Origin: a candidate division WWE3 bacterium CG_4_9_14_0_2_um_filter_35_11
GTDB lineage: Bacteria; Patescibacteriota; WWE3; 2-01-FULL-39-13
Reading direction: 5' to 3'
Assembly: GCA_002789015.1 (NCBI GenBank)
Contig: PFSJ01000018.1
Span: 1 to 57,609 of the forward strand
Length of the DNA: 57,609 bases
This document shows positions 38,536 through 48,819 of this stretch, one piece after another; positions within the stretch are counted from its first letter, which is position 1; the number at the start of each line of letters is the position of its first letter. Under the pieces are notes generated by a model. That model worked only from the letters and a program-made list of their open reading frames with translations, did no database searches and was not told where the DNA came from. The translations under genes and the position numbers were made by a program.

Positions 38536-39237
38536 ATGTCAAAAAAATTATCAATAGTTATCCCTGTTTATAACGAGGCCGGATCCGTTTTGAAAGTTTT
38601 AGATTCATTAAAAGAGCTTCCAATAGAAATCGAAATCATTGTTGTTGATGATGGCTCAACAGATGGAACTCGCACACTTTTAGATAAATATTCAAAATCT
38701 AATAAGCAAATAAAAGTTATTTTAATGGAACAAAATGGTGGGAAGGGGACTGCTCTCCGAGAAGGATTTAATCATGTAACAGGTGATTATACCGTTGTTC
38801 AAGATGCTGATTTTGAATATGACCCGAATGATTTAATCACAATGTTTAAATTTGCTTTAGATAATAATGTCGATGTTGTATATGGAAATAGATTTTCAAG
38901 CAAAAGATTTTATACAGGCATGGATTGGAAAAACTTTTTAGGAAATAATATTGTACTACCAACAGTGGCAAGCATACTTTATGGCCAATATATTCCAGAT
39001 GAAGCAACTTGCTACAAAATGTTTAGAACTAATGTTTTGAAATCCATCCCTTTAGTTTGCAAAAGATTTGAGTTTTGTCCAGAAGTTACAGCAAAAGTTA
39101 GAAAGAAGGGTTATAGAATTTATAATATCCCGATTAAATATATGCCAAGAACCACAAATGCAGGCAAAAAGTTAAATGCTTTAAAAGATGGATTAGAAGC
39201 GATATCGACACTTTTGCGATTTAGATTTTTCGATTGA
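38536..39237 (+). CDS. GT2 polyprenol-phosphate glycosyltransferase-like (soluble DPM1/DPG-synthase-like)
   Basis: LSIVIPVYNEAGSV, VVDDGSTDGT, GGKGTALREG, QDADFEYDPND, YGNRF. Confidence 0.8.
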   Translation: MSKKLSIVIPVYNEAGSVLKVLDSLKELPIEIEIIVVDDGSTDGTRTLLDKYSKSNKQIKVILMEQNGGKGTALREGFNHVTGDYTVVQDADFEYDPNDLITMFKFALDNNVDVVYGNRFSSKRFYTGMDWKNFLGNNIVLPTVASILYGQYIPDEATCYKMFRTNVLKSIPLVCKRFEFCPEVTAKVRKKGYRIYNIPIKYMPRTTNAGKKLNALKDGLEAISTLLRFRFFD

Positions 39238-39241
39238 TAAT

Positions 39242-41308
39242 ATGAAACCTTTTGGTGGAAAATTTTTCCAATATATAGTGCTAACAATCATTGGAGTTGT
39301 TTTTTTGATTTATGCATTTACCCTTGCATATAAAAGATATGTGAATTTTGAATACGGCAAATTTGATCTAGGGAATATGTCACAGATGGTTTGGAATACT
39401 TCACGTGGACGCTTTATGGAGGTTACCGACCAATTTGGAACAAATATGCCACGCTGGGGAATGAGTCATGTTGATCCTATCCTCGCGGTTTTCGCTCCGA
39501 TATATTTGTTTTACGATAATCCAATGATTTTAGTTTTTGTTCAGCACGTTGTAATTATTTCCGCAATTTTCCCGATATATCTTCTTTGTATAAAAAGATT
39601 CAAAAATAAGATCGTTTCTTTTTCTGTCGTTTTAACATATTTAATGTATCCAGCAATCGGATTTACTTTAGTTTGGACTGGATATCACGGGATTTCATTT
39701 GTTGCCCCTTTTTTTATTTGGCTTGTTTGGATTTTAGAGAAGAATGATTTTTTTGGCAAAAAAACGACTTCCCAAAAAGGTTTAATTATTTATTGGATCT
39801 TAATTATTCTAATGTTGCTTGGGAAAGAAGAAGTTGGGGCAATACTTTCCGTTTACGCATTATTTATATATTCAAAAAACAAGAAACTTGCAATTCAAAC
39901 TTTTTTAATAAGTTTTATTTGGTTTGCTTTCGCATTTTTCATTGTTATTCCTGCATACTCTGATTTGCGAAAGCAAAGTATAGATACATTTATTGAGAAG
40001 ACTGCAATGTTTGACGGGAATCCTGATGGTATCGATCAAGGCAATTTTTTTATTCACAGATATGAATATCTTGGTTCTACATATGGTGAAATGATAAAGA
40101 ATTCAATATCTAGGCCTTGGCTAATAACAAATGTAGTGTTTTCAAAGGATAAACTTTTGGCATTAAATAATTTGTTTGGGCCACTTGGATATCTTGTTTT
40201 TTTAGTTCCCGTTTGGATTGTTTCTGTTCCTGATCTAGCCATAGTTTTATTAAGTAAAGATGAGATTTTTGACATTTCAAATCATAGAATTGCTTTTATG
40301 ATTTCGGCTTTATTTCTTTCTTATATATATTTCTTATCAAGATTTAAGATTTTCGACAAGAAAATACTGAATGTTAGTTATCGGGTTATTTTCTCTATAT
40401 CAATATTATTTGTTACATTTTATTTTTCCTTAATAACCAAAAACCCAATTTATGTCTCTGTAGAAAGTCTTATTCAAAACAAGATTATTGGTAAGGTTTT
40501 TTCAAAAAGCAATGATGCCTTTATCTCATATAAGCTTGGTGAAATAAGGCGAGCGAGTATTCCAAGAAATGATAATGAATGTTTAAACGAAATGTCGGAT
40601 TTAATTTCAGATAAGAATCCAGAAATTTATAGTGGCCCAGATTATCTTGGTGCACAAAGTTCGAATCGGTTAGTTAACGCTTTATATCCTGCAAGATATT
40701 GGGATGCCGATTTAATTTTATCTGATATTTTTGAAACTAAAACCATTGGTCCACTTGATTATAGCGGATGGACATTTAACAAAGAGACATTAAGGCGATT
40801 GATAGAATCCAATAATTATAGGCATGTCTACAGTTGTGGAAAAATTTCTGCATTTGAAAAGGGGAAAATAAACGATTTTTCAACTTTTGTTGAATTGGCA
40901 AGTTATAAGGATTTTGATCGATCGAAAGTTGAGTTTGGGACCGATAGAATAAAATTGAACCTTTCAACAGAATATATTAAAGTTTCAGAAAAAATAAGTA
41001 GACACGGTGCAGGCTATATAAGAATTTTATTACAAAAAGTAGGTGGTAATTTTTTGGATAAGGCGACGTTTTGGACATTTGAGAATGTTGAAGATAAGAA
41101 CGAAAAGTTTGTGGTGATTGATTACTTATCAAATGGATTCATGGGATCGTTGGATCGTTCTGATTATGGACAATTAGTCCTTGAAACTTATTATCCAATT
41201 ATCCCTGAGAGATTTTCAGCTGGAAAATACAATGTATTTTTTGGTGTTGGTGATCTTCTGAACGCTAAAGAGATTTTTATTGGCCAAACAGAATTAGTAA
41301 ATGATTAA
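39242..41308 (+). CDS. DUF2079-like polytopic membrane protein (GT-C-like) with large C-terminal extracytoplasmic domain
   Basis: GKFDLGNMSQMVWNTSRGRFMEV ... RWGMSHVDPILAVFAPIY matches my memory of the DUF2079/COG3463 N-terminal signature. 688 aa. Confidence 0.65.
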   Translation: MKPFGGKFFQYIVLTIIGVVFLIYAFTLAYKRYVNFEYGKFDLGNMSQMVWNTSRGRFMEVTDQFGTNMPRWGMSHVDPILAVFAPIYLFYDNPMILVFVQHVVIISAIFPIYLLCIKRFKNKIVSFSVVLTYLMYPAIGFTLVWTGYHGISFVAPFFIWLVWILEKNDFFGKKTTSQKGLIIYWILIILMLLGKEEVGAILSVYALFIYSKNKKLAIQTFLISFIWFAFAFFIVIPAYSDLRKQSIDTFIEKTAMFDGNPDGIDQGNFFIHRYEYLGSTYGEMIKNSISRPWLITNVVFSKDKLLALNNLFGPLGYLVFLVPVWIVSVPDLAIVLLSKDEIFDISNHRIAFMISALFLSYIYFLSRFKIFDKKILNVSYRVIFSISILFVTFYFSLITKNPIYVSVESLIQNKIIGKVFSKSNDAFISYKLGEIRRASIPRNDNECLNEMSDLISDKNPEIYSGPDYLGAQSSNRLVNALYPARYWDADLILSDIFETKTIGPLDYSGWTFNKETLRRLIESNNYRHVYSCGKISAFEKGKINDFSTFVELASYKDFDRSKVEFGTDRIKLNLSTEYIKVSEKISRHGAGYIRILLQKVGGNFLDKATFWTFENVEDKNEKFVVIDYLSNGFMGSLDRSDYGQLVLETYYPIIPERFSAGKYNVFFGVGDLLNAKEIFIGQTELVND

Positions 41309-42848
41309 ATTTAAATTTCGAAACGACTATATAATTTGGGTCGTAGGGCTTTTACTCCTTTTATTGATGACTCCATTAGTAAGTCGCATTAATTTTATGC
41401 AAAATGATGATTGGGTTTATTATAAAACCGTTGAGAATTTCCTAAAATATGATTTTAAATTGGCCCCGATGATTGGCAGTACTTTTTTTACTCAAGGATT
41501 TTTTGGATATATTTTTTCAAAAATATTTGGTTTGATGAATTTACCGTTTTTAACGTTGGCTGTTTCTGTCGGAAACTTTGTAATAATATCTTTTATACTG
41601 AATAAGCAAGTTAAAATTTCTATCTTAAAATCTATTTTGTTAGGACTACTTTTGTTTTTATCTCCGCTTCATTTTTATTCTACTTTTGGTTTTATGACTG
41701 AAAATTTTGTTTTGTTTTTTCTTCTAGTTGGAATTTATTTTACAAACGAATTTTTTCACACTGAAAGAAAGTTGCCTTTTGTGTTATCAAATTTGTTTTT
41801 TATACTTGGGTTTTTCACTAAGCAATATCTTGTAGTTGCATTTATATCAATTGCGATTGTTTTACTAGTAAGAAAATTCTACAAGTATTTATTTATTGAA
41901 ATTCTAATTACACTTGTTCTAATTTTGTATTATTACATTTTTTTTCCAAAAACAGGTATAATTGAAAATCAATCTGTGCAGCTTTCGAATTTATTTAATT
42001 TGGGGAAATCGTATCCACTGATATTTATATCGTTTATCTATTTTTCAGCAATGCTTTTGCCTTTAGTTTATCTTTTTATATTAAATAGTTTGAGAGGACG
42101 CTCGTATTCCAAAATCACTTTATATTTAATTTGTGCAGTTTGCCTTGCGTTTGTATCTAAGAATTTATTTTTATCGACCGATTACTATCTTAAAGATTTC
42201 CCATATACTGGGAACACTTTTGATAGAAAAGGATTTTTTCCTGGAGATCTTGATGGAAATAAATATTCATGGAGGGGTATTTTTGATGTTATGAGGTTCT
42301 GGGATTTGTTGTCAGTGTTTGGATTTTCGACCTTTGCTATTTTAGCTTTTTCTAAATTCAAATTTAAGCTTATTGAAAACATGAATTTCATTTCTGTTTT
42401 TTTTGTTTTATATCTTGGGTTGTTTTTAGTTTCTTGGAATACATATGATAGATATTTTCTGCCCTTAATAGCCACTGGGGTTTTAGCATTATCTAAATAT
42501 ATGGATTTTAATAAATTTAAATTTGTAAATATTAGCTTAATTTTATTTTTGTTATTTCTAGGATTTATTGATTTTCAGTTTTCTAAAGATTATGTCGGTT
42601 GGCAAAACTATGTTTGGAATAAATCGAATGAGATTTCCAAAAATCAAAAGATAGCGAAGGATAGAATATCTTCCTCCAGAGCATGGAACAAGTATTACAA
42701 TGTCACTTCGGACTATGACTACAAATTCTCATTTGATTCACTGGGTTTGCTTGAAAATCCTAATGAATATAATCTGATTGAGGCGTATAAAAATTACTAT
42801 AAATTCAGCATTTTTATTAATCCGTATGTTTATCTGTATTCAAAGTAG
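41301..42848 (+). CDS. polytopic membrane protein, probable GT-C-type glycosyltransferase
   Basis: 515 aa. First-loop MQNDDWVYYKTVENFL followed by many TM helices. Confidence 0.55.
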   Translation: MIKFKFRNDYIIWVVGLLLLLLMTPLVSRINFMQNDDWVYYKTVENFLKYDFKLAPMIGSTFFTQGFFGYIFSKIFGLMNLPFLTLAVSVGNFVIISFILNKQVKISILKSILLGLLLFLSPLHFYSTFGFMTENFVLFFLLVGIYFTNEFFHTERKLPFVLSNLFFILGFFTKQYLVVAFISIAIVLLVRKFYKYLFIEILITLVLILYYYIFFPKTGIIENQSVQLSNLFNLGKSYPLIFISFIYFSAMLLPLVYLFILNSLRGRSYSKITLYLICAVCLAFVSKNLFLSTDYYLKDFPYTGNTFDRKGFFPGDLDGNKYSWRGIFDVMRFWDLLSVFGFSTFAILAFSKFKFKLIENMNFISVFFVLYLGLFLVSWNTYDRYFLPLIATGVLALSKYMDFNKFKFVNISLILFLLFLGFIDFQFSKDYVGWQNYVWNKSNEISKNQKIAKDRISSSRAWNKYYNVTSDYDYKFSFDSLGLLENPNEYNLIEAYKNYYKFSIFINPYVYLYSK

Positions 42849-42881
42849 CGTGTATACTTCAAGAAAGTTTTTTAATCTATT

Positions 42882-44306
42882 ATGAAATTTAGCTGGTCGG
42901 TTATATCTATAATATCTAGATTTTTTGCTGTCGCAATTGGACTTATTCAATCAGTTATTATTGTTAAGCTTTTGACGGTTTCGGATTATGGGCTTGTAGG
43001 CCTTGTTACATCAATTGCGGCAATTGTTGGTGTGTATCAAAACTTAGGAATATCTTCCGGTTCTACACGGGAAATTGCTGCTGCCAAAAATAAGGACGAG
43101 GCATTTAAAGTATTTATCGGATCTACCATTGTTCGGTATTTCATTTCTTTGCCTTTAGTCTTAGGACTTTTTATTTTCGCACCATATTTAGGAAATGTTT
43201 ATTATCATAGACCTGAAATCATAAATCCTTTAAGAATTTTTAGTCTAATCCTTTTTATACAAGCTTTACAATCCGTTTTGAATTCCGTAATACAAGGTAT
43301 AAAAAAATTTAAATTTTTATTTATTTTTCAGGCTTTAATTTCTATCGTTAGCATAATTATTTACATACCCTTTTTAATTGAATATGGCTATCTCGGGTAT
43401 TTTTATGCATTGCTTGCTTTTAATATAGTTTCAACGCTTGTTCTAGGAATTTATGTTCTGAAAGTTTTTTCAGGACACTTGGTATTACCTGATGGGGCGG
43501 AGTTAAAAATGATTGTTCTTTCAGTTTTTAAAATCGGACTGTTTGTATACTTTATAAAAATATTGTTCATGCAGTGGCAAAAGTTGGGGCCAGTACTTTT
43601 AGGAAAGGATTTATCCGATGAAATGATTGGTATTTTTAGTTTCGCATTACTTGTTGCATCGAAAATAACAACAATTTCTGATGCTGTAACAGATGTCACT
43701 TTACCATCAATGACTTCTGTTTTTGAAAAGTCAAAACACGAATTCAAAAATGTATTTTTGAAAGGCAATGGTAAGGCATATTTTTTAATTTTATTTTCAT
43801 CTGTTTTTTTAATCATTTTTAAATTTGAATTATTTCAATTTGTTGATTTTATTTTTAGTTTTATTGGCAAAGATCCGATAACGACAAGATATTCTAGTGC
43901 CTTCAGGCTTATGGATCCGTTGATTTTGGCTTTTTGGGCATATTCACATATTAATTTGTTAAAATCTGGAGTTGCTGTTCCTGTAAGAAAATTGTGGGGG
44001 GCATTAATCTCATATGCGATCATGTTCTTGCTTACTATAGCGATTTATTATTCATATGGGTTTTCGGATTCACTTATGTGGTTTTCAGTTGCAATGGGGC
44101 TTGGTGGATTAGTTGCCTATATTGTATTCATTTTCTTTATTAAAAAAGAAGTTGGTTTTTATCCAATTACTAAAGGGGACATTGTTTATACCTTTTTATC
44201 TTTATTCCTTCTAGTTGGATATTATTCCAACTTGAGTCATTTGATATTAGGTTTTATCTATTTAGGCATAAGCTATGTATTATATAATAAGGTTTATTCT
44301 AAGTAA
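42882..44306 (+). CDS. Wzx/MOP-superfamily oligosaccharide flippase-like protein
   Basis: 474 aa with about 12-14 TM. The N-terminus SRFFAVAIGLIQSVIIVKLLTVSDYGLVGLVTSIAAIVGVYQNLGISSGSTREIA is typical of polysaccharide-biosynthesis (Wzx) proteins. Confidence 0.7.
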   Translation: MKFSWSVISIISRFFAVAIGLIQSVIIVKLLTVSDYGLVGLVTSIAAIVGVYQNLGISSGSTREIAAAKNKDEAFKVFIGSTIVRYFISLPLVLGLFIFAPYLGNVYYHRPEIINPLRIFSLILFIQALQSVLNSVIQGIKKFKFLFIFQALISIVSIIIYIPFLIEYGYLGYFYALLAFNIVSTLVLGIYVLKVFSGHLVLPDGAELKMIVLSVFKIGLFVYFIKILFMQWQKLGPVLLGKDLSDEMIGIFSFALLVASKITTISDAVTDVTLPSMTSVFEKSKHEFKNVFLKGNGKAYFLILFSSVFLIIFKFELFQFVDFIFSFIGKDPITTRYSSAFRLMDPLILAFWAYSHINLLKSGVAVPVRKLWGALISYAIMFLLTIAIYYSYGFSDSLMWFSVAMGLGGLVAYIVFIFFIKKEVGFYPITKGDIVYTFLSLFLLVGYYSNLSHLILGFIYLGISYVLYNKVYSK

Positions 44307-45717
44307 TAAAGAACTTTGCTTAATCTTTTTGCTAGCATTAATTTTACGGTTAATTGGTATTACTCATGGATATCCGTTCATCTATAATATCGATGAACCC
44401 GCGTTGGTAAGGAGTACCTTAGGTTTAAATTTTACGCCTTTAATAGATCATTTCGATTGGCCACATTTTAACTATTATTTTAATTATTTTTTCTATTTCA
44501 TATTTATTAAGGCTAGAGCGTTAATCCAAATTTTAAATTTGAGACCTGTAGTCGAAGGCCTTTTGCCGATTATCTGGAATGACCCATTTATTTTTTACTT
44601 GATATCAAGAATTTTGAGTGCGATTTTGGGTGCGGTAACTGTTGTCCCAATTTATTTTTTGACTTTGGAAATTTCGAAGAATAGCAAATCTGCATATTTG
44701 GCCGGACTTTTTATGTCGGTAATCCCGTTTCATTCATACTATTCACACTTTGCGCTACAAGACGGAATAATGCTTTTTTGGATTAGTTGCGGAGTTTATT
44801 TTTCGTATATTGGTGTAATAAGAAACAACTTGAAATCATATTTATTATCAGGATTATTTTTTGGTTTAGCAGTCGGGACAAAATATAACGCTATTTTATT
44901 TATGGCTATGGTTCCAGCTTTTTCAATTGAAAAATATTTATCAGATCGTAAAGACTTTTTCCAAATGTTTAAAAATGGAATTTATTTATCCATAGTTTCT
45001 GGAATTACTTTTGTTTTGACAACGTATAGTTTGATCTTTAAGTGGTCAATTTTTTGGTCTGAAGAATTTGGGAAAGGAATGTTGTGGCAACTTAAATATA
45101 ATGTTATTGCGTTGCCATTTTCAGAGTATCCACAAGCAATTATAGAAAATATAAAAGAATTGAGTCAGGATTTTAGCATTTTTGGTTTAGCAATTATAGC
45201 TTTAGGAGTTATTAATATTTTAAGGAGTAAAAAAAGTATTGGTGTGACATCGATGATTTTAGCTTCCACTATATATTTTCTATATGTGTCGAGATTTAAT
45301 AGGAGTCCATCTCATTATTTTTTACCTATATATTTATTTTTGCCGATTTTTGCTAGTTATGCATTTTTATTTAATTCAAAGAAGATGAATTTTCTACTTT
45401 ATTTGTTGCTTTTTTCTATGTTTATTACAACTTTCTGGTCGACGATAAAATTTATCAGGTTAAATACGAAAACAGAAGCTATAAATAAATACGCCGAAAC
45501 ATACAAAAATAAAATTTACTATAATGGCGAAGGGCTCGATTCCGCAAATGGAATAAATAATATAGGCATGAAGAAATATAATGATGATATTGTCTTGACA
45601 TCAGACAATATATTAATTTCAGAAATAGAAATTAAAAGTGATAAAATCAAACAAGTTGAATATATAGATTCAAAAAACAGATATGGAAATTCAATATATG
45701 TATACACAGGTAATTAA
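44275..45717 (+). CDS. GT-C-fold membrane glycosyltransferase (PMT_2/ArnT-like); paralog of 33643..35214
   Basis: NIDEPALVRSTLGL, HFDWPHFNYYFNYFFY, SRILSAILGAVTVVPIYFLTLE, GLAVGTKYNAILF. Confidence 0.72.
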   Translation: MYYIIRFILSNKELCLIFLLALILRLIGITHGYPFIYNIDEPALVRSTLGLNFTPLIDHFDWPHFNYYFNYFFYFIFIKARALIQILNLRPVVEGLLPIIWNDPFIFYLISRILSAILGAVTVVPIYFLTLEISKNSKSAYLAGLFMSVIPFHSYYSHFALQDGIMLFWISCGVYFSYIGVIRNNLKSYLLSGLFFGLAVGTKYNAILFMAMVPAFSIEKYLSDRKDFFQMFKNGIYLSIVSGITFVLTTYSLIFKWSIFWSEEFGKGMLWQLKYNVIALPFSEYPQAIIENIKELSQDFSIFGLAIIALGVINILRSKKSIGVTSMILASTIYFLYVSRFNRSPSHYFLPIYLFLPIFASYAFLFNSKKMNFLLYLLLFSMFITTFWSTIKFIRLNTKTEAINKYAETYKNKIYYNGEGLDSANGINNIGMKKYNDDIVLTSDNILISEIEIKSDKIKQVEYIDSKNRYGNSIYVYTGN

Positions 45718-47251
45718 CAAAATTAAAAATTTACCAACGACTCTTTATATATTTTTGTTTGCTTTTTTGTATCGCTTGCCATCTTTGGGCGTGGATTTTA
45801 TAAATAACGATGCATTTTTATGGAAAAGTAGAAGCTACGAATTCGGAAAAGCTTTGATGTCATTAGATTTTGCGAAAACTGCTGTTACGTATCATCCCGG
45901 AATTCCTCTTTTGTGGAGCCAATTTATAGCAATAAAAATTTATTCGCTTTTAGATTTTCTCATATATAAAGGGGTGCTATCTCCGAACGCTGAATTTATT
46001 ACAAACCACATTATTCAAAAAACAGTTTTAGTTTTTTTTACTTCTGTATTAGTTGCTTTAGCATTCTTCTTACTCAAAAAAATAATTGGTCAAAGATCTT
46101 CGATTCTAGTAATTATGTTTGTTCTTTTGGAGCCTTTTTATTTAGGTCTTTCAAGAGCAATCCATACAGATACCATGATTTCACTTTTCATGTTTATCTC
46201 GTGTTTATACTTTTATATCGCATTTTCTAAAGACAACATAATTGAAAGAAATGGTAAAGAGGCGATTTTATCTGGTGTTTTTATAGGTTTGGCAGCTTTA
46301 ACAAAAAGCTCTGCATTATTTTTAATTCCATTTTATGTTTTGGGATACCTAATTTTAAGAAGGTTTGATTTTTCTGAAATAAAAAAATTATTAATTGTTT
46401 ATCTATTTTTTATATTAAGTTTTTTTGCTTTTTGGCCTGCCATGTGGGTAAATCCAGTCGGGTCCTTAAATCTTTACCTATTTAAGGGAGTTGAAGGGGT
46501 GGCCCTCGAAGAGGGCCACGGACATATATGGTTTGGTGTAGAAACACTTGATCCGGGTCCACTTTTTTATCCGATAGCGTTTGTTTCTCGGTATTCAATG
46601 TTTATGGTTTTGATGTTTGTATTCGGGATTTATTTTTCAATTAAAAATTTTAAAAGAAAGTACAAGTTCAACATTAACCTTATTTATTGGTTTGCCTTTA
46701 TTGCATTCTATTTTTTGATGTTGACTTTTGTTTCAAAGAAGTTGGATAGATATCTTCTTCCTATAACTTTTCCAGTTGCTATTTTTTCTGTATATTGGAT
46801 TAGAAATTACTTTTCTAAAAAAGTTTTGGCCCTAATTTTTTCACTTTTTGTTTTTGGTAGATTTGTAATTTTATTTGGCCTACATCCGAACTATTTGGCT
46901 TATTACAGTCAACTAGTTGGTGGAATGGAAAATGGAAGAACTTTGATTGAACCTAAATGGTTGATTGCATATGATAAAGTCGCACTATTTTTTAATAGTG
47001 ACGATGAACCAGAAAAAGTAAAAGTTGCGATCGCCGATTTTGATTATTTAAGACCATTTGCGAAATTTGAGGTTTTGAATATAAGAGTAGAAGAGGAGCG
47101 CAATAAAGCTGATTATTTTGTTTTGCCAGTGTATAGGGAAGAGCGAAATAAATTTTATCTTGATAGCTATAATTTGGAAAAATTAAATGATGTGATAACT
47201 GTTTCAGGCGTAGAGTATTATCAAATTTATAAAAGCCGAGGCAAAAAATAG
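45683..47251 (+). CDS. GT-C-fold membrane glycosyltransferase (PMT_2-like); paralog of 35276..36982
   Basis: 522 aa. NNDAFLW...TYHPGIPLLW, SRAIHTDTMISLF, GLAALTKSSALFLIP. Confidence 0.7.
   Translation: MEIQYMYTQVINKIKNLPTTLYIFLFAFLYRLPSLGVDFINNDAFLWKSRSYEFGKALMSLDFAKTAVTYHPGIPLLWSQFIAIKIYSLLDFLIYKGVLSPNAEFITNHIIQKTVLVFFTSVLVALAFFLLKKIIGQRSSILVIMFVLLEPFYLGLSRAIHTDTMISLFMFISCLYFYIAFSKDNIIERNGKEAILSGVFIGLAALTKSSALFLIPFYVLGYLILRRFDFSEIKKLLIVYLFFILSFFAFWPAMWVNPVGSLNLYLFKGVEGVALEEGHGHIWFGVETLDPGPLFYPIAFVSRYSMFMVLMFVFGIYFSIKNFKRKYKFNINLIYWFAFIAFYFLMLTFVSKKLDRYLLPITFPVAIFSVYWIRNYFSKKVLALIFSLFVFGRFVILFGLHPNYLAYYSQLVGGMENGRTLIEPKWLIAYDKVALFFNSDDEPEKVKVAIADFDYLRPFAKFEVLNIRVEEERNKADYFVLPVYREERNKFYLDSYNLEKLNDVITVSGVEYYQIYKSRGKK
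46499..46519. other. perfect 9-bp GC-rich stem / GAA loop inside a GT-C gene
   Basis: GTGGCCCTC gaa GAGGGCCAC, encoding VALEEGH. Confidence 0.85.
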
Positions 47252-48819
47252 TGAAAAAGGATATTTTGATAATTCTTGCGATTTTTCTGTTTTCTTTTGG
47301 TTTTAGATTGTGGAACATAACGAAACACTTTGAAGTTTGGGACGAAACCGCGGTTGTTAGGGTCGGGGAAATCTATATTAATTCAATTAAATCTCTTGAT
47401 TTTAGTGAAAATACATGGAAATTAAATAAGGAACATCCGCCTTTTTCGAAATATTTTTATGGAGCATCAAGAATCGTTACTTTGAATTCTGATTATTTAA
47501 GCAATAATATTGATCAGGATTTTCCACTCGGAAGAAGATATTCATTACAAAGAATCTTAAGCGCTTTTGTTGGCTCTATTACAATTGTTCTTTTATATAT
47601 ATTGGCAAGTAAGTTCTACAATTCGAAAATTGCATTGATATCAAGCCTTATATTATCTTTGACGCCCCATTATTTTGCACATAGCAGAGTTGCAACCCAA
47701 GAGAATTTTGTTTCCTTTATGACTTTAGTCACAGTTTGCTTTTTCTTTTTTGCATTACGTACACGAAAACTTAAACATCGGTTTTACATTATCTCTGGAG
47801 TTTTGTTAGGACTTTCAATTGCAACAAAATATAACTCACTTTTCTTTTTAGTATTGTTTTTACTTCTCACTCTGTCTGAGTTTGGTCGTCGTTTTTTAAA
47901 ATCAAGATTCTTGATTTTAAAAAACGACCTAATTTTAATTCCATTTTTAGCTTTAGGAACTTTCTACGCTGTTTGGCCGTGGCTTTGGCCAGATCCAGTT
48001 GGAAGATTTTTATCAAGCGTAAGTCGTATAAATGGTTCAAGATATTTCGAATACTTTTTAGGACAATTTCCATCTCCGCACTCTTGGTATTATTTTTTTG
48101 TTTATTTATTTGCTACAACGCCCCCAATTATTTTGCTTGGAGTTTTCCTTTTTGGGATTAAATTCATATTCAAAAGGGGAAAATACGATTTTTGGTTTCT
48201 GATGTATTTTTTAACGCCATTAATGGCTACGTTTTCACCTCTTAAAATGGATGGCATAAGATATATATTTCCAATATATCCTGCAATGGCAATTATTTCT
48301 GGAGTAGGATTTTATTTTCTAATCGATATTTCCGGAAAATTTATAGATTCGACATATAAATCAATTGTTGAATTTGCAACTCCAGTTATTGTATTCGGAA
48401 TACTTTTTATGACGATACTAATATATCATCCATTTTATTTCGATTACTATAATATATTTTTTGGAGGCCCATCAGGAGTTTATAAAAACCGATTATTTGA
48501 TTTTGGTTATTGGGGAGAAGGATTAAGAGACGGCATGAATTTTATATATAAGGAGGACCCAGATATTAGAAAGAAAGTATATCTTAAGATTTTACCAGTG
48601 CACGTATTGCCACCTTATAAAAATAACACTGTATACGTTGATGAAATTGAGAAAGCTGACTACGTGATAATAAATCCTGCTGGAGAGTGGTTAAATCAGA
48701 CAAATTATCTTGATTATGATTTTCCATACAATTTTGATATCGTATTTGAGGAAGCATTGATGGATGCTCCGATTGTTCAAGTTTATAAAAGGAAGTTTCC
48801 GTATATCGGGAAATTATGA
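47251..48819 (+). CDS. GT-C-fold membrane glycosyltransferase (PMT_2/ArnT-like)
   Basis: GTG start overlapping the upstream TAG (TAGTG). WDETAVVRVGEIY ... NKEHPPFSKYFYG, SRVATQENF, GLSIATKYNSLFF. Confidence 0.72.
   Translation: MKKDILIILAIFLFSFGFRLWNITKHFEVWDETAVVRVGEIYINSIKSLDFSENTWKLNKEHPPFSKYFYGASRIVTLNSDYLSNNIDQDFPLGRRYSLQRILSAFVGSITIVLLYILASKFYNSKIALISSLILSLTPHYFAHSRVATQENFVSFMTLVTVCFFFFALRTRKLKHRFYIISGVLLGLSIATKYNSLFFLVLFLLLTLSEFGRRFLKSRFLILKNDLILIPFLALGTFYAVWPWLWPDPVGRFLSSVSRINGSRYFEYFLGQFPSPHSWYYFFVYLFATTPPIILLGVFLFGIKFIFKRGKYDFWFLMYFLTPLMATFSPLKMDGIRYIFPIYPAMAIISGVGFYFLIDISGKFIDSTYKSIVEFATPVIVFGILFMTILIYHPFYFDYYNIFFGGPSGVYKNRLFDFGYWGEGLRDGMNFIYKEDPDIRKKVYLKILPVHVLPPYKNNTVYVDEIEKADYVIINPAGEWLNQTNYLDYDFPYNFDIVFEEALMDAPIVQVYKRKFPYIGKL

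Noticed and set aside
47027-47034. GCGATCGC, a HIP1-like octamer palindrome.
   Set aside because: It is the only exact copy I found (a partial GCGATCG occurs at 50927-50933), and there is no over-representation.
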